A stretch of DNA of 64,000 nucleotides from Nitrospirota bacterium (GCA_963703955.1 CAVPGK010000016.1:1-64000), one strand, 5' to 3'; shown: positions 51,042-61,203, counted from the stretch's first letter. Notes: a model not told the origin generated them from the letters alone. A program made the numbers and translations.

Positions 51042-52014
51042 ATGCGCATTACCTTCACCCTCCAACGGTTCAATCCGGAGACTGACACCCACACGCATGA
51101 CGAAGACTATCGCCTGGAAGTGGGACGCGGAGCGACGATCCTCGAAAGCCTCATTCGCATCAAGAACGAGCAAGACGGGACACTTGCCCTTCGGTATTCC
51201 TGTCGGTCTGCGATCTGTGGCTCCTGCGCCATGACTATTAACGGACAGCCTAAGTTGGCATGTCGGACGGCCGTGCGCAAGGAATTGGAGCGTCACAGAG
51301 AAATCAAGATCTCGCCCCTTTCGAATCTGCCCATCATCAAGGACCTGGTCGTAGACATGTCGTCGTTTTGGACTAAGGTGCGAGCGGTGCACCCATGGTT
51401 GACCGCCGTACCGTTTGATTCACTCGGAGAACTCCCCACAGGCCCAGCTAAAGCTGATGCCGGGCACCTACCAATTTCACAACGTCGATGCCTGCATCAT
51501 GTGCAGCGCCTGTGTCGCCGCCTGCACATCGCATGAGGTCTCGCCGGCTTTTCTCGGACCAGCCGCCCTTGCAAAGGCTGATCGATTTCTTTCCGATCCT
51601 AGGGAGTCAGATGCGGCGAAACGTCTGCGACTAAAAGAGTTGGAAAAACCGGACGGCATGTGGGACTGCACCCGCTGCAACTTCTGCGTCGAAGTCTGCC
51701 CCAAAGACGTCAAGCCGATGGAAGCAATTATTCGCCTGCGGCGCGCCGCAATCGAACGGGGGTTTGTCACCACCGGCGGGGCTCGACACATTCTGGGCTT
51801 CGTGGACATAGTTCGCCGGGAAGGACGGCTCAACGAAGCCCTCATGCCCTTGAAAGTGGTGGGGCACCAGTTCGCGCGTCTGCTGAGCGTCTTGCCCTTG
51901 GGTCTTAAAATGCTCTTGAAGGGTAAGGTACCGAATCCGTTCTCGTCGTCCATCCAGGGGATAGAACACGTCCGCGCGATCTTTGCCGCTCGCCAGCGTG
52001 CGAAGCCATCCTAA
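51042..52014 (+). CDS. sdhB: Succinate dehydrogenase/fumarate reductase Fe-S subunit (one frameshift near 51420-51450)
   Basis: SCRSAICGSC...LAC in ORF 51042; CIMCSAC...C and CTRCNFCVEVCP in ORF 51415. Confidence 0.92.
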
Positions 52015-52019
52015 CCTCC

Positions 52020-52460
52020 ATGGCTTCCTCGTTTAGATTTCTCGAAGACGTGGCGTTGGCTGACACCGCGTTTGAGGCCACCGGCGACTCGCTCTCCGAG
52101 TTGTTCACGGCCGCCGCAGGAGCCGTAATCGAGACGATGGTGAATCCCTCTTCTGTCGGCTCCAGTTTTGAGCGGGAAATCGAACATACGGAGGAGGATC
52201 CCGCGTCTTTGTTGTTTGACTGGCTATCGGATCTTGTCTATTTGAAGGATGCGGAAGGGGTGTTGTTCCATGCCGCTTTCGCGACTGTCACGAGAGAAGC
52301 CCCTTCGGGGAGATGGCGCCTTCGCGGAAAATTGATAGGAGAACCGATTGACCCAGACCGTCATGAGTTGCGCGCCGACGTCAAGGCGGTGACAAAACAT
52401 CTGTACGAGGTTCGGCAAGAGGACAGTCGGTGGAGAGCTAAGGTGGTGCTGGATATATGA
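52020..52460 (+). CDS. Archease
   Basis: ADTAFEATG, LLFDWLSDL, DVKAVTKH, VVLDI; adjacent to rtcB. Confidence 0.93.
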   Translation: MASSFRFLEDVALADTAFEATGDSLSELFTAAAGAVIETMVNPSSVGSSFEREIEHTEEDPASLLFDWLSDLVYLKDAEGVLFHAAFATVTREAPSGRWRLRGKLIGEPIDPDRHELRADVKAVTKHLYEVRQEDSRWRAKVVLDI

Positions 52461-52544
52461 GTTTGGAAGGGTGACGTCCAACGGGAAGGGGCGCGTCTTG
52501 ACGCGCCGGGTGCGGGTGGGTGAGGTAACTGGCGGGGTGGGCGG

Positions 52545-53999
52545 GTGAAACAGTTACATACCGACATGACCGTGAACCGGATGACCGATCAGATTTGGGA
52601 GATTCCCGTCTCGGAAAAAGGAGGGATGCTGGTGCCCGCCCGCATCTACGCGACTGAGACTATTCTCTCCGACATGGACAGCGGCGTGTTCGAGCAGGTC
52701 ACGAACGTCGCCTGTTTGCCCGGCATCCAACGTTATGCCCTGTGCATGCCTGACGGCCATTGGGGGTATGGATTCCCAATCGGCGGCGTGGCGGCCTTCG
52801 ATCCGAATGACGGCGTCATCTCACCGGGCGGAGTCGGGTATGACATCAATTGTGGGATGCGGCTGATTCGAACCGACCTTACACTGTCTGACGTGCGGCC
52901 GCGGTTGGAGCAACTCATGACCGAGCTGTTTCGTCGAATCCCGGCCGGCGTGGGAGCGAAAGGGTTTGTGTCCTTGAATCGCGGTGAGTTCGAAGACGTG
53001 ATGCGGAAAGGGGCCCGCTGGTGTGTCGAGCGCGGGTATGGGTGGAACGAAGATCTGACACGCATTGAGGAGCGGGGGTGCATTCCTGGGGCTGACCCAT
53101 CAAAGGTCAGCGATCAGGCCGTCGCCCGGGGCCACTCGCAACTCGGGACGCTGGGGTCCGGGAACCATTATCTCGAGGTCCAGGTCGTGTCCGATGAGCG
53201 AATCTTCGATCGTGACACCGCCGCCGCACTGGGCATCACCGGCCGAGATCAGATCGTTGTCATGGTTCACTGCGGTTCGCGCGGGTTCGGCCATCAGGTT
53301 GCCAGCGACTACCTCAAGGTGTTTGAAAAAGCCATGCGGCGATACGGGATTACCGTGAAGGATCAGCAACTCGCCTGTGCGCCCTTTCGTTCTCCCGAGG
53401 GGCAGGATTATTTCGCCGCCATGAACTGCGCCGCGAACAGCGCCTTTGCCAATCGCCAGGTCATCATGCACCAAATTCGGGAGGCGTTTGCCTCGGTCTT
53501 CGGCTGTCCGGCTGAATCGCTGGGCATGCACCTGATCTACGACGTAGCCCACAACATCGCCAAGGTCGAGAGGTACGCTGAGGGCGACCTGGTCGTGCAC
53601 CGGAAGGGCTCGACACGGGCCTACGGCCCTGGGCGGCCCGAGCTGCCTGATCTCTATCGAAAGATCGGTCAGCCTGTGATCTGCGGCGGGTCCATGGAAA
53701 CCGGTTCCTATCTGTTGGTCGGGACAGATCGGGCCATGCATGAGACGTTCGGCTCCACGATGCACGGGTCGGGGCGGACGATGTCCCGCGCTCAGGCCAA
53801 GCGCATGGTGCGAGGAGAGCAGATTCGGAAGCAGATGGCGGATCGGGGCATCATCGTGAAGGCCGTCTCAATGTCAGGCCTTGCCGAGGAAGCGGGACTT
53901 GCGTACAAGAATATCTCTGAGGTGGTGGAGACGGTACATCAGGCGGGCATTACGAAAAAGGTGGCGGAGCTAAGACCGATCGGAAACATAAAGGGATGA
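52545..53999 (+). CDS. rtcB: RNA-splicing/repair ligase RtcB
   Basis: MPDGHWGYGFPIGG, DINCG, GSGNHYLE, HCGSRGFG, HNIAK, HRKG, HGSGR, EEA..AYK. Confidence 0.98.
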   Translation: MKQLHTDMTVNRMTDQIWEIPVSEKGGMLVPARIYATETILSDMDSGVFEQVTNVACLPGIQRYALCMPDGHWGYGFPIGGVAAFDPNDGVISPGGVGYDINCGMRLIRTDLTLSDVRPRLEQLMTELFRRIPAGVGAKGFVSLNRGEFEDVMRKGARWCVERGYGWNEDLTRIEERGCIPGADPSKVSDQAVARGHSQLGTLGSGNHYLEVQVVSDERIFDRDTAAALGITGRDQIVVMVHCGSRGFGHQVASDYLKVFEKAMRRYGITVKDQQLACAPFRSPEGQDYFAAMNCAANSAFANRQVIMHQIREAFASVFGCPAESLGMHLIYDVAHNIAKVERYAEGDLVVHRKGSTRAYGPGRPELPDLYRKIGQPVICGGSMETGSYLLVGTDRAMHETFGSTMHGSGRTMSRAQAKRMVRGEQIRKQMADRGIIVKAVSMSGLAEEAGLAYKNISEVVETVHQAGITKKVAELRPIGNIKG

Positions 54000-54079
54000 A
54001 GAAAACACTGTTGCCTACACGGAGCTGAAATCTGATTTGGTACCGAGCCTTGACGGGAACGTGGAGCGGGAAGTACGTA

Positions 54080-54460
54080 GGTGAATTAGGTCGGTCTCAA
54101 AAAGCGGTGAGGGGCTCTCTTTGGTAAGAAAGCCCCTTACATGGCGCTTAGGACGCCGACTGCTTTTATGTGCTAGTGACCTTGCGCAAGACCCGCCGGT
54201 CGGTAGAGAGGCAGCTTCTTCCGTCGTCTGGTCACCGGAAAGAATCGAAGACCTAATCGCTTCGTTGGTTGTCACCAGTGGCTCTCATAGCCGTGAAGCG
54301 CTTGGCTTCCGGTTCCTAAGCGGAACGCCCACCTCGTGCGGTGGGTCCTACCGCCGTCGGGCCTGTCTGGCCCGGGGGACTTGGATCATCCATCTTCTGA
54401 TCCCCTCCTTTTCCAGCCCGGTTTCAGGGCTGAACGGATTCCATCGCTAAAGGAATACTC
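54080..54460. ncRNA. Candidate structured RNA (unassigned family, strand unresolved)
   Basis: Nested stems followed by eight back-to-back hairpins; no credible long ORF (see findings). Confidence 0.45.
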
Positions 54461-54520
54461 TCGGATGGACATCATTCCGCGAAGCCCGTCACAGACGCAC
54501 AACTATGCTCCTCAATTCCG

Positions 54521-54538
54521 AAGCAATGCTAATGCCAA
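54521..54538 (-). promoter_or_regulatory. Sigma54 -24/-12 promoter
   Basis: Minus strand TTGGCATTAGCATTGCTT = TGGCA-N6-TTGC with exact GG-N10-GC spacing. Confidence 0.6.
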
Positions 54539-54797
54539 TGAATCGGCATTGCTCTGCGGAGAACACGATCAATAGGACTCCTAGATGATCAAGGTCTTAG
54601 GTGAATCTTAATCCGAGCTCGGGCAGCGATCGGCAGCCGGCCCGGGAGCCATGTTGCCAAATGCACCACCACGGAACCAGCAAATGGCCGTTTTGAACCA
54701 GACGATCGGAACGTGACTGGGACAGTGACTTCCAGTCAGCCTCTCGCTATACTCCACAATTCAGTTGAGGATCATGATCATTAAGGAGGGGCGCTCG

Positions 54798-55118
54798 ATG
54801 GCAGAACTGACGGTAATTGCCAGGGCGAAGGCAAAACCCGGACATGAAGCCGACCTGGAACGTGCCATGCGAGCCGTGGTGAGTCCATCGCACGACGAGC
54901 AGGGGTGTTTGCGATATACCGTTCATCGATCCGTTGGAGATCCTGCAAGTTTTGTGACCGTGGAACGGTGGGCATCCAAGGAAGCCATGGATCGGCATTT
55001 TACCGCCCCTCACACTCAGTCCTTGCTAAAGAAAATTCCGGAGTTGCTGCTCGAACCGCCCGACATTTCCGTCTTTGAATTACTCCCCGAGGGCCGTTCG
55101 GAGAAAGGAAGGTTATGA
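54798..55118 (+). CDS. ABM-domain (putative quinol) monooxygenase
   Basis: AKPG.E, EQGCLRY, ERW.S, H..APH; SD AAGGAGG. Confidence 0.9.
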   Translation: MAELTVIARAKAKPGHEADLERAMRAVVSPSHDEQGCLRYTVHRSVGDPASFVTVERWASKEAMDRHFTAPHTQSLLKKIPELLLEPPDISVFELLPEGRSEKGRL

Positions 55119-55146
55119 TCTCCTGCCTCGATCATATGAGGTCGTC

Positions 55147-56049
55147 ATGGCGTTGAAATATGCGTTGTACCCCGGGTGCGCGGCAAAAGGAGCCACGCCT
55201 GAGCTGTATCAGTCTACGATGGCCATCATCGGGCGGTTGGGCATCGAGGTCGTGGAGCTGGCGGCGGCATCCTGCTGTGGAGCTGGGGTGGTAGGGGAGG
55301 CCGACCCGGATACGGCGTTGGCATTGAATGCGCGCACCTTTGCTCAAGCCGAACAGCTCGGGCTCGATATCATGACAATCTGCGGTACGTGCCAGGGAGT
55401 GATGGGGTCGGCCAACAAGCGTTTGAAAGAGCCGGGGGTCCTTGATCGGATCAACCAGTTGCTGGCGCAGGATGGGATCAGTTATCGAGGAACGATTCAC
55501 GTCAAGCATCTGCTCTGGATCGTCGTCCGAGAAATCGGCGTAGCGCGGCTTGCGGAACAGGTCAAAGTACCGATGAATGATTTTCGGATCGCGCCCTTCT
55601 ACGGCTGCTACATCTTACGCCCGTCCTGGGACCTCGGGGTCGATGACCCTGAGAATCCTACATCGCTGGAGAAAGTCATTCAAGCGGTGGGTGGTGAGTC
55701 GGTCGTCTACCCGGGACGCACCAAGTGCTGCGGATTTCCCATCATCTTGGAAAAGGAAGCCATTGCCGTTGCAATGGCCGGAACGAATATGAAAGAAGCC
55801 AAGGATGAAGGCGCCGACTTCATGGTGACGCCCTGTCCACTCTGTCACATGAGTTTGGACATTTATCAGGATCGGGCCGGCCGGGCAGTCAACACCCAGT
55901 TGAATCTTCCCATTCTACACTTACCGCAGCTGCTCGGCCTAGCCATGGGAATTCCGGCTAAAGATCTCGGCGTATCGCGCCATTTGGTACCCGTCGACTC
56001 CATTGTGCGGCGCGTGGAGAAGCGGCGGTCGGAAGTGGTGAAGGGATGA
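55147..56049 (+). CDS. CCG-domain HdrB/SdhE-like succinate dehydrogenase subunit
   Basis: YPGC, SCCGAG, TICGTC, FYGC, KCCG, TPCPLCHMSLD. Confidence 0.9.
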   Translation: MALKYALYPGCAAKGATPELYQSTMAIIGRLGIEVVELAAASCCGAGVVGEADPDTALALNARTFAQAEQLGLDIMTICGTCQGVMGSANKRLKEPGVLDRINQLLAQDGISYRGTIHVKHLLWIVVREIGVARLAEQVKVPMNDFRIAPFYGCYILRPSWDLGVDDPENPTSLEKVIQAVGGESVVYPGRTKCCGFPIILEKEAIAVAMAGTNMKEAKDEGADFMVTPCPLCHMSLDIYQDRAGRAVNTQLNLPILHLPQLLGLAMGIPAKDLGVSRHLVPVDSIVRRVEKRRSEVVKG

Positions 56050-56137
56050 ATGAGACAGTGGGCACGCGCAAGAGGAACATCCTGATCGCCTCATGGTGCG
56101 TCACTATTCGGGAAGGATAGAGGAGAGAACGCGAGTA

Positions 56138-56455
56138 ATGGATGTTGTGAATATTTCCGATTATCACCAGTTTAGTTCTGAGAAGATGAAGAAGAACAAT
56201 GTTTTTGAAACGCCGCGGTTTTTTTGCGACGTGTATTGTTTCGAGCCCGGACAAGAACAAAAGGGACATGTCCATGGCGAACAGGATAAGGTCTACCTGG
56301 TGCTTGAAGGTCAGGGAAAATTTAGAGTCGGAACTGAAGAACGGGAGCTTGGCCCCGGGCAGGGGACCATGGCGCCTGCCGGTGAACAGCACGGGGTCGT
56401 GAACCATACGAACAGCCGACTCAAGGTTTTGGTGTTCGTTGCACCGAACTCGTAG
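56138..56455 (+). CDS. Cupin domain protein
   Basis: PGQEQKGHVH, YLVLEG, PAGEQHGVVN. Confidence 0.88.
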   Translation: MDVVNISDYHQFSSEKMKKNNVFETPRFFCDVYCFEPGQEQKGHVHGEQDKVYLVLEGQGKFRVGTEERELGPGQGTMAPAGEQHGVVNHTNSRLKVLVFVAPNS

Positions 56456-56461
56456 CTGCTG

Positions 56462-57208
56462 TTATTCCACCAGCGGGATCGACACGCTGATAGCGCCGGC
56501 GAGATCCCCGTCAAGGGCGCCTTCCTTAGGGTATCCGGAAATGTCGAGGTCTCCAGCCGGTCTTCCGTGGCACTTGAGGCAGTCTTTTTCATAATAGATC
56601 GGAGTCATCACCCGCAGCGTTTTTCCTCCGTCGGTCAGTTCACTGACCGGTGCGGAAAAGCCGACTTGATCTACTAACCGGCGAAGGACGGCCTCTTCGT
56701 AAGAGTCCGGCTGGTTCTTCTCGTTGCGGGGCTGTAGGGCAGTCTGTTTAAGCCGCACGCGCGACTTGGCCGAAAATCTCGCAGCAGCCTGGCTTCCGAA
56801 TGTCGCGGGAATAAAGTTCTTGTACCCCACCCCGCGCTGGTTGATCACGACTTGGGCATCCGCAACGACAGTCCTGCTGGCCGCGACGAGTGCACGCAAG
56901 AGATCTCGGGCCGTCGGTGGCACACGAGCTGCGTTCAGGTGGGTGAGATCGATGCCGGTGCGTGCTTGGAATTCCTGGACAAGAAGCTTCTCGAAGACTT
57001 CTGGTGTGAACCCCTTGTTGCCTCTGTGCTGATCATCAATCAAAGGCTGGTTTCGATCGATCACCACCCGGCCCGCATCGAGCAGGTCTGCCAGCAGCCG
57101 CGCCGTTTCCTCGGCCTCGATACGGTTCACGGCCGTGGCCGTATTGGGGACGAAGAACAACGCGGATCCAAGGACTGCAATCAAAAGTCTGTGTCCCCAA
57201 CTTTCCAT
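56462..57208 (-). CDS. DUF3365 (Tll0287-like) periplasmic c-type heme protein
   Basis: Signal peptide, PRNEKNQPD.YE, CLKCHG, GDLAGAISV. Confidence 0.85.
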   Translation of the reverse strand: MESWGHRLLIAVLGSALFFVPNTATAVNRIEAEETARLLADLLDAGRVVIDRNQPLIDDQHRGNKGFTPEVFEKLLVQEFQARTGIDLTHLNAARVPPTARDLLRALVAASRTVVADAQVVINQRGVGYKNFIPATFGSQAAARFSAKSRVRLKQTALQPRNEKNQPDSYEEAVLRRLVDQVGFSAPVSELTDGGKTLRVMTPIYYEKDCLKCHGRPAGDLDISGYPKEGALDGDLAGAISVSIPLVE

Positions 57209-57231
57209 ACTGTTTTACCCCTTGTCCTTAC

Positions 57232-58275
57232 TCAATGGTCGGCGGCCCATCGGCATTGCCCTTGGTCGTAATGCTGAGGCATGTCTTTCGGAGCGAATGG
57301 GAGGCCTTCTTTGGCTGCGCGGCGAGGATAGGCATAGGTCTCTTCCAACCAGCGACGCCGCATTTCCGCGAGTCGGCCCGATTGGTCGAGACGAAAAAGG
57401 AGGTCATTGACGAGCCCTCTGAGTCGATAACTTTCCTCCGCCATCACAACCGTGTAGTGCTCCTCTGTCAAGAGCAGCGGCCTATCGGTCGTCCCAAGCA
57501 GTGGGCGCCAATCTTTGCGCACTCGTGCCACGACGAACTGCAGGACCGGCTGTTTCCCCAAAATCACATCGATCGCCGGGTCCTGAGATTCGAACGCGGC
57601 TGGGAGTGAGTCACAGAGCACCAGTCTGCTGCCTGTGAGGTGCGCTTGCGCGTAGAGATGCGTGCCAGTCCCTTCCTGCACCGCCACGGCGAGGCCGCTC
57701 AGTGCCTCTTGTATTGAATCGGTCCCGTTTGGTTTGGTCTCTCGCCGATCGAGGGACGCGCGCACCCGCTCAGCCACTTCGGGCCGTTGAGTGATCCCGC
57801 TTGTTCCACCGTGATAGAAATACGGCGTCGAGTAAGCCAGCCCAGCACGCGCCGGGGAAGGGACATTGGCGCTCACCGCGGACACGAAGAGATCCAGCTT
57901 TCCTTCGTTCAACTCGACGAACAAATCCCGGAACCGAACCAAACGAAGCACGGGAATGACCTCTCGATTCCCGCAATGCCGGGATAGTGCGCCCGTGATT
58001 TCGCGAACAAGTTCTACGTCCATACCAGTAACCCGCAAGCCCTCGTCCGTGAAGATCGCGGGAAACACGAAGGGTCGTAGAGGTTCAACGGACATCCCCA
58101 CGTGTACTTTGCTCCGCGCGCAGATGGTATCGACCTCGTCTCTCGCGATTGGTCCTATGAGTTGGACAGCGTCAATGATAAGCCCGCATCCCTGAACGAT
58201 CAGCCCCAAGATCAGGAGGCAGACCTGCACAATGAATCTGCTGGTCAAAATCGTATGCCGGTGAGAAAGATCCAT
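57232..58275 (-). CDS. Family-3 solute-binding-like lipoprotein
   Basis: Lipobox VQGC, GMDVELV, YSTPYF, AVQEGT, GRLAEMRRRW. Confidence 0.8.
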   Translation of the reverse strand: MDLSHRHTILTSRFIVQVCLLILGLIVQGCGLIIDAVQLIGPIARDEVDTICARSKVHVGMSVEPLRPFVFPAIFTDEGLRVTGMDVELVREITGALSRHCGNREVIPVLRLVRFRDLFVELNEGKLDLFVSAVSANVPSPARAGLAYSTPYFYHGGTSGITQRPEVAERVRASLDRRETKPNGTDSIQEALSGLAVAVQEGTGTHLYAQAHLTGSRLVLCDSLPAAFESQDPAIDVILGKQPVLQFVVARVRKDWRPLLGTTDRPLLLTEEHYTVVMAEESYRLRGLVNDLLFRLDQSGRLAEMRRRWLEETYAYPRRAAKEGLPFAPKDMPQHYDQGQCRWAADH

Positions 58276-58863
58276 TGGTCTGCTTCGCCGCCTTCGCCTT
58301 GAAACTCGATGCTGTACCGCGAGTACTGAATTCCTAGGTCCAACGAGAGCCCCCGCGCCACTGGAAAACGGACGCCGATCTGGCCTCCATACAGATATCC
58401 GACCCCTGAGGGCCCGGGACCGGGCAAGACGCCTCCACCCAGAAGCCCCGCGTAGGGCACGGCTCGATCTTCAAGCGGGCCGAAGAGCACATGGCGGATC
58501 ACTCGATTGATCGGCATTCCTTTCGGGAAATCCAGGATGTCGATGAAGTTGTTCCAGCGCGGATTGAGAAAGAAGGCATTCTGGTCGGTCTTGAACTCAT
58601 CCGTATGGATGCTAAAAAATTGATAGATTGCCCGGACTTCCAGGTTCCCGTAACGGAGAGCCGTGATCCCGGCTTGGATGGTAATTTCTCGATCATCCGG
58701 AGCGAAGTTTTGCTGCCGGACTGCGACGTCAAAGTTGAAAGGTCGGAGCGGGAACCACACAACGTTCGCCTCTTGCCCAATAGCCGTCCCTGAACAAAGT
58801 TGGAGAAGGGCAAGCGACACGAACAGATGTATCCGATGTAGCCGTTCACTCCGTAGGTTCATC
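58245..58863 (-). CDS. Putative outer-membrane beta-barrel protein
   Basis: Signal peptide; amphipathic strands ending FLTGIRF; start uncertain. Confidence 0.65.
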
Positions 58864-58962
58864 TGGCCTATCAGGTGCGGATATTTGCACGAGGCAAGGC
58901 ACAAGACTGTCGCATCTGTGAGCGGATCACTTCAACGAAAAAAAGCGGGGGTCTATTCCCGG

Positions 58963-59289
58963 ATGAGGGAGTCCGTCACGTCTCGCCACGCCATCGACCG
59001 CCTGGTGAACGCACTCATCCTGCTCTCCCTCCTCCTTCACATGGGCGGCGGCTGTGCCGCCCGGTATGAGGACATCAAATGGTCGGGGGGCCGCCCTGGA
59101 GTCACCCTTGAGCGGGATTCGTCTGACTGCCGGGAGAAGGCCGAAACGGCAGCGAAGCTCCAACACATGAAAAGCACTGGCGTCGCCGCCCGCCTTCGTG
59201 CGGAACAGGCCTATCGCGAGTGCATGATGGCGAGAGGCTATGTGCAAACTGAGGGTCCGGAGCACGCGGTCACCACGCCGCATGAATAG
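58963..59289 (+). CDS. Small putative lipoprotein
   Basis: Hydrophobic leader plus GGC; D..DC...Y.ECM.ARGY pattern. Confidence 0.6.
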   Translation: MRESVTSRHAIDRLVNALILLSLLLHMGGGCAARYEDIKWSGGRPGVTLERDSSDCREKAETAAKLQHMKSTGVAARLRAEQAYRECMMARGYVQTEGPEHAVTTPHE

Positions 59290-59434
59290 TGAAAGTCGAA
59301 TGCAGCTGGCGAATCTCGCCCCACACAATACGGCTGCTGTTGGAGGAAAGCATTGAGCGTGCTTTACGCGTTCTAGCGGTGCTCTGCCAGTGTGCTACCC
59401 GGTCTGGATCATAGGTAACAGAAAGTCCAAGTAA

Positions 59435-59971
59435 ATGGTGCACGGTTCTAGAGAGCGCGTTGTCGAGGCGTTCTGGATTTTGAACGACTTCGTTGGTGAC
59501 CTTATCGGTGCAACGCGAGCCTTTGTGTATTTCGACAGTTCCAAATTCAAGGCAGGCGCTACCGATCAAGTGCTTCGTATTTACAATAAGATGGCAGATG
59601 CGTTTCTTTATGTGACCTTAGCGAAATGGATCGAATTCTACGACCACTACCGCGATGTGATCCCGTCGGAAATTAGAGACGTCTGTAAAAAGCTAAAAAG
59701 CGACCTGGAAAAAAGAGGCGTGCGGGATTTCCGAAACCAGGTCGTTGGTCATATTTGGAGCGATGAGCATCGTCGTCCCTTGTCTTCGAAGGAGATCGAT
59801 GAGCTTGAGAGGAAGATGACCAACGGAGACCCGGAGGGATTCCTGAGATGGGTCAACGATCCAGAGAATCGTCTTGGAGCGACCGTGGTTGGCACCAGCG
59901 AAGCCGTTCGAGATGCAATCCAAACGAAATGGTCGCTGTCGGAGCAGGAACTCAAAACTGGGAGGCGATGA
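59435..59971 (+). CDS. Hypothetical helical protein with HEPN-like RN-x4-H motif
   Basis: FRNQVVGH; lower-GC codon use than neighbours. Confidence 0.6.
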   Translation: MVHGSRERVVEAFWILNDFVGDLIGATRAFVYFDSSKFKAGATDQVLRIYNKMADAFLYVTLAKWIEFYDHYRDVIPSEIRDVCKKLKSDLEKRGVRDFRNQVVGHIWSDEHRRPLSSKEIDELERKMTNGDPEGFLRWVNDPENRLGATVVGTSEAVRDAIQTKWSLSEQELKTGRR

Positions 59972-60206
59972 TGGACAGGCAGAGTCGCCGATTGTTGGCA
60001 ACCGCACTGACGCTGCTCGACGACATCACGCTGAAAATGGCCCTAGGATGTGCGATTGGCGTGACAACCCCTCAGGTGGACAGGAGAACACGAGCATCCC
60101 GGACAGAATGGACATTCCAACACCTTTATGGACAAGGCGATACCAGGGAGCACCCAATATCTTTAACCTAGGGATCGGCCCCGCCGCGGAGTTTCAGACA
60201 CTGCGT

Positions 60207-61203
60207 TTAAGGCGCCGGCGGCGCGATTCCGGTTTGAGGACCCTCGACCTTCCACGGAGTCTGGGGCATGAGCGGCGCCGGTTTTGCGTCGGGCGATGCC
60301 ACCAGCACGGCGATCGCGCCGCGCAGGGCACCGGTCAATGAGTGTGTGACCATTGGATAGGCGCCCGCCGATTCGGCGACCAAGTCGAAGGTGGCGGCGC
60401 TCCCAGGACCGACCACGTAGGTTTGCACGCCAACCTGTTTGTTTGCGGGGTTGCCGCTCTCGTACACAGCATCCCAAATTTCGCCTATCGGATGGAAGGA
60501 CGAAAACTCGTTCGGGCCGGCGTTCACAAAGTAGATGCGCACGCGCTCCCCGGGTTTGGCTTCCAAGGCTTTGCCTCCGGTCACGAAGGGGTGGTACTTA
60601 AACACCCCTCCGTTGAAAACAATATGGTCGAACTTCCGGTCGAACATTCCCTGAACATCGTCCGGGTTCTTGAACAATTCCGATTGAACCAGAACGTATT
60701 CTCGGTCGGCCTTCGGCCACACCGTCGCATTTTTCGGGTCCACGATGACGGCGCCGAACATGCCACGCGCCACGTGTTGAATCATCGGGGGGGCGCCGCA
60801 GTGGTAAAAAAAGACTCCCGGCTTCTTCGCGACAAACGTGTAAATTGATCGTTTCGCCCGCATTGATAGCCCGGTAGTTTTTGAGAAAATCGATCTCTGC
60901 TGCATGGAAGTCCATTGCGTGTGGAAAGGTATTTTCTTTCGGGTTGGTCAGGGTGAACTTGACCGTATCACCCTCGGTCACGCGGACGACCGGCCCAGGC
61001 ACTTGACCATTGAAGGTCCACGCTTTATACCGGTCGCCCCCGCCATCGATAATGACCTCTGTTTCAACCGCTGTCATTTGTACATCATGGGTTTTGGCCG
61101 ACACCGATGGCGTGAGGGCAAACGGACCGGCGCAGGCTGCTCCCGTGGCCAAGGCCATGGCCAAGAATCCAAGGGTTCGTCGTGAGAGTTTGGTTCTAAG
61201 CAT
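60207..61203 (-). CDS. nirK: Copper-containing nitrite reductase (1-nt frameshift near 60843)
   Basis: WTFNGQVPGP, PHAMDFHAA, YHCGAPPMIQHVARGMFG, NAGPN..SSFHPIGEIWD, YPMVTHS; SD AAGGAG. Confidence 0.92.

Noticed and set aside
54080..54460. Assignment as 6S RNA, tmRNA, RNase P or CsrB-like RNA
   Set aside because: CCCACC..GGTGGG recalls 6S, but there is no long closing rod; no tRNA-like ends or GAGGAAAGUCC; GGA is not systematically in loops
59968..60171. Short ORF MMDRQSRRLLATAL...
   Set aside because: No motif; probably debris
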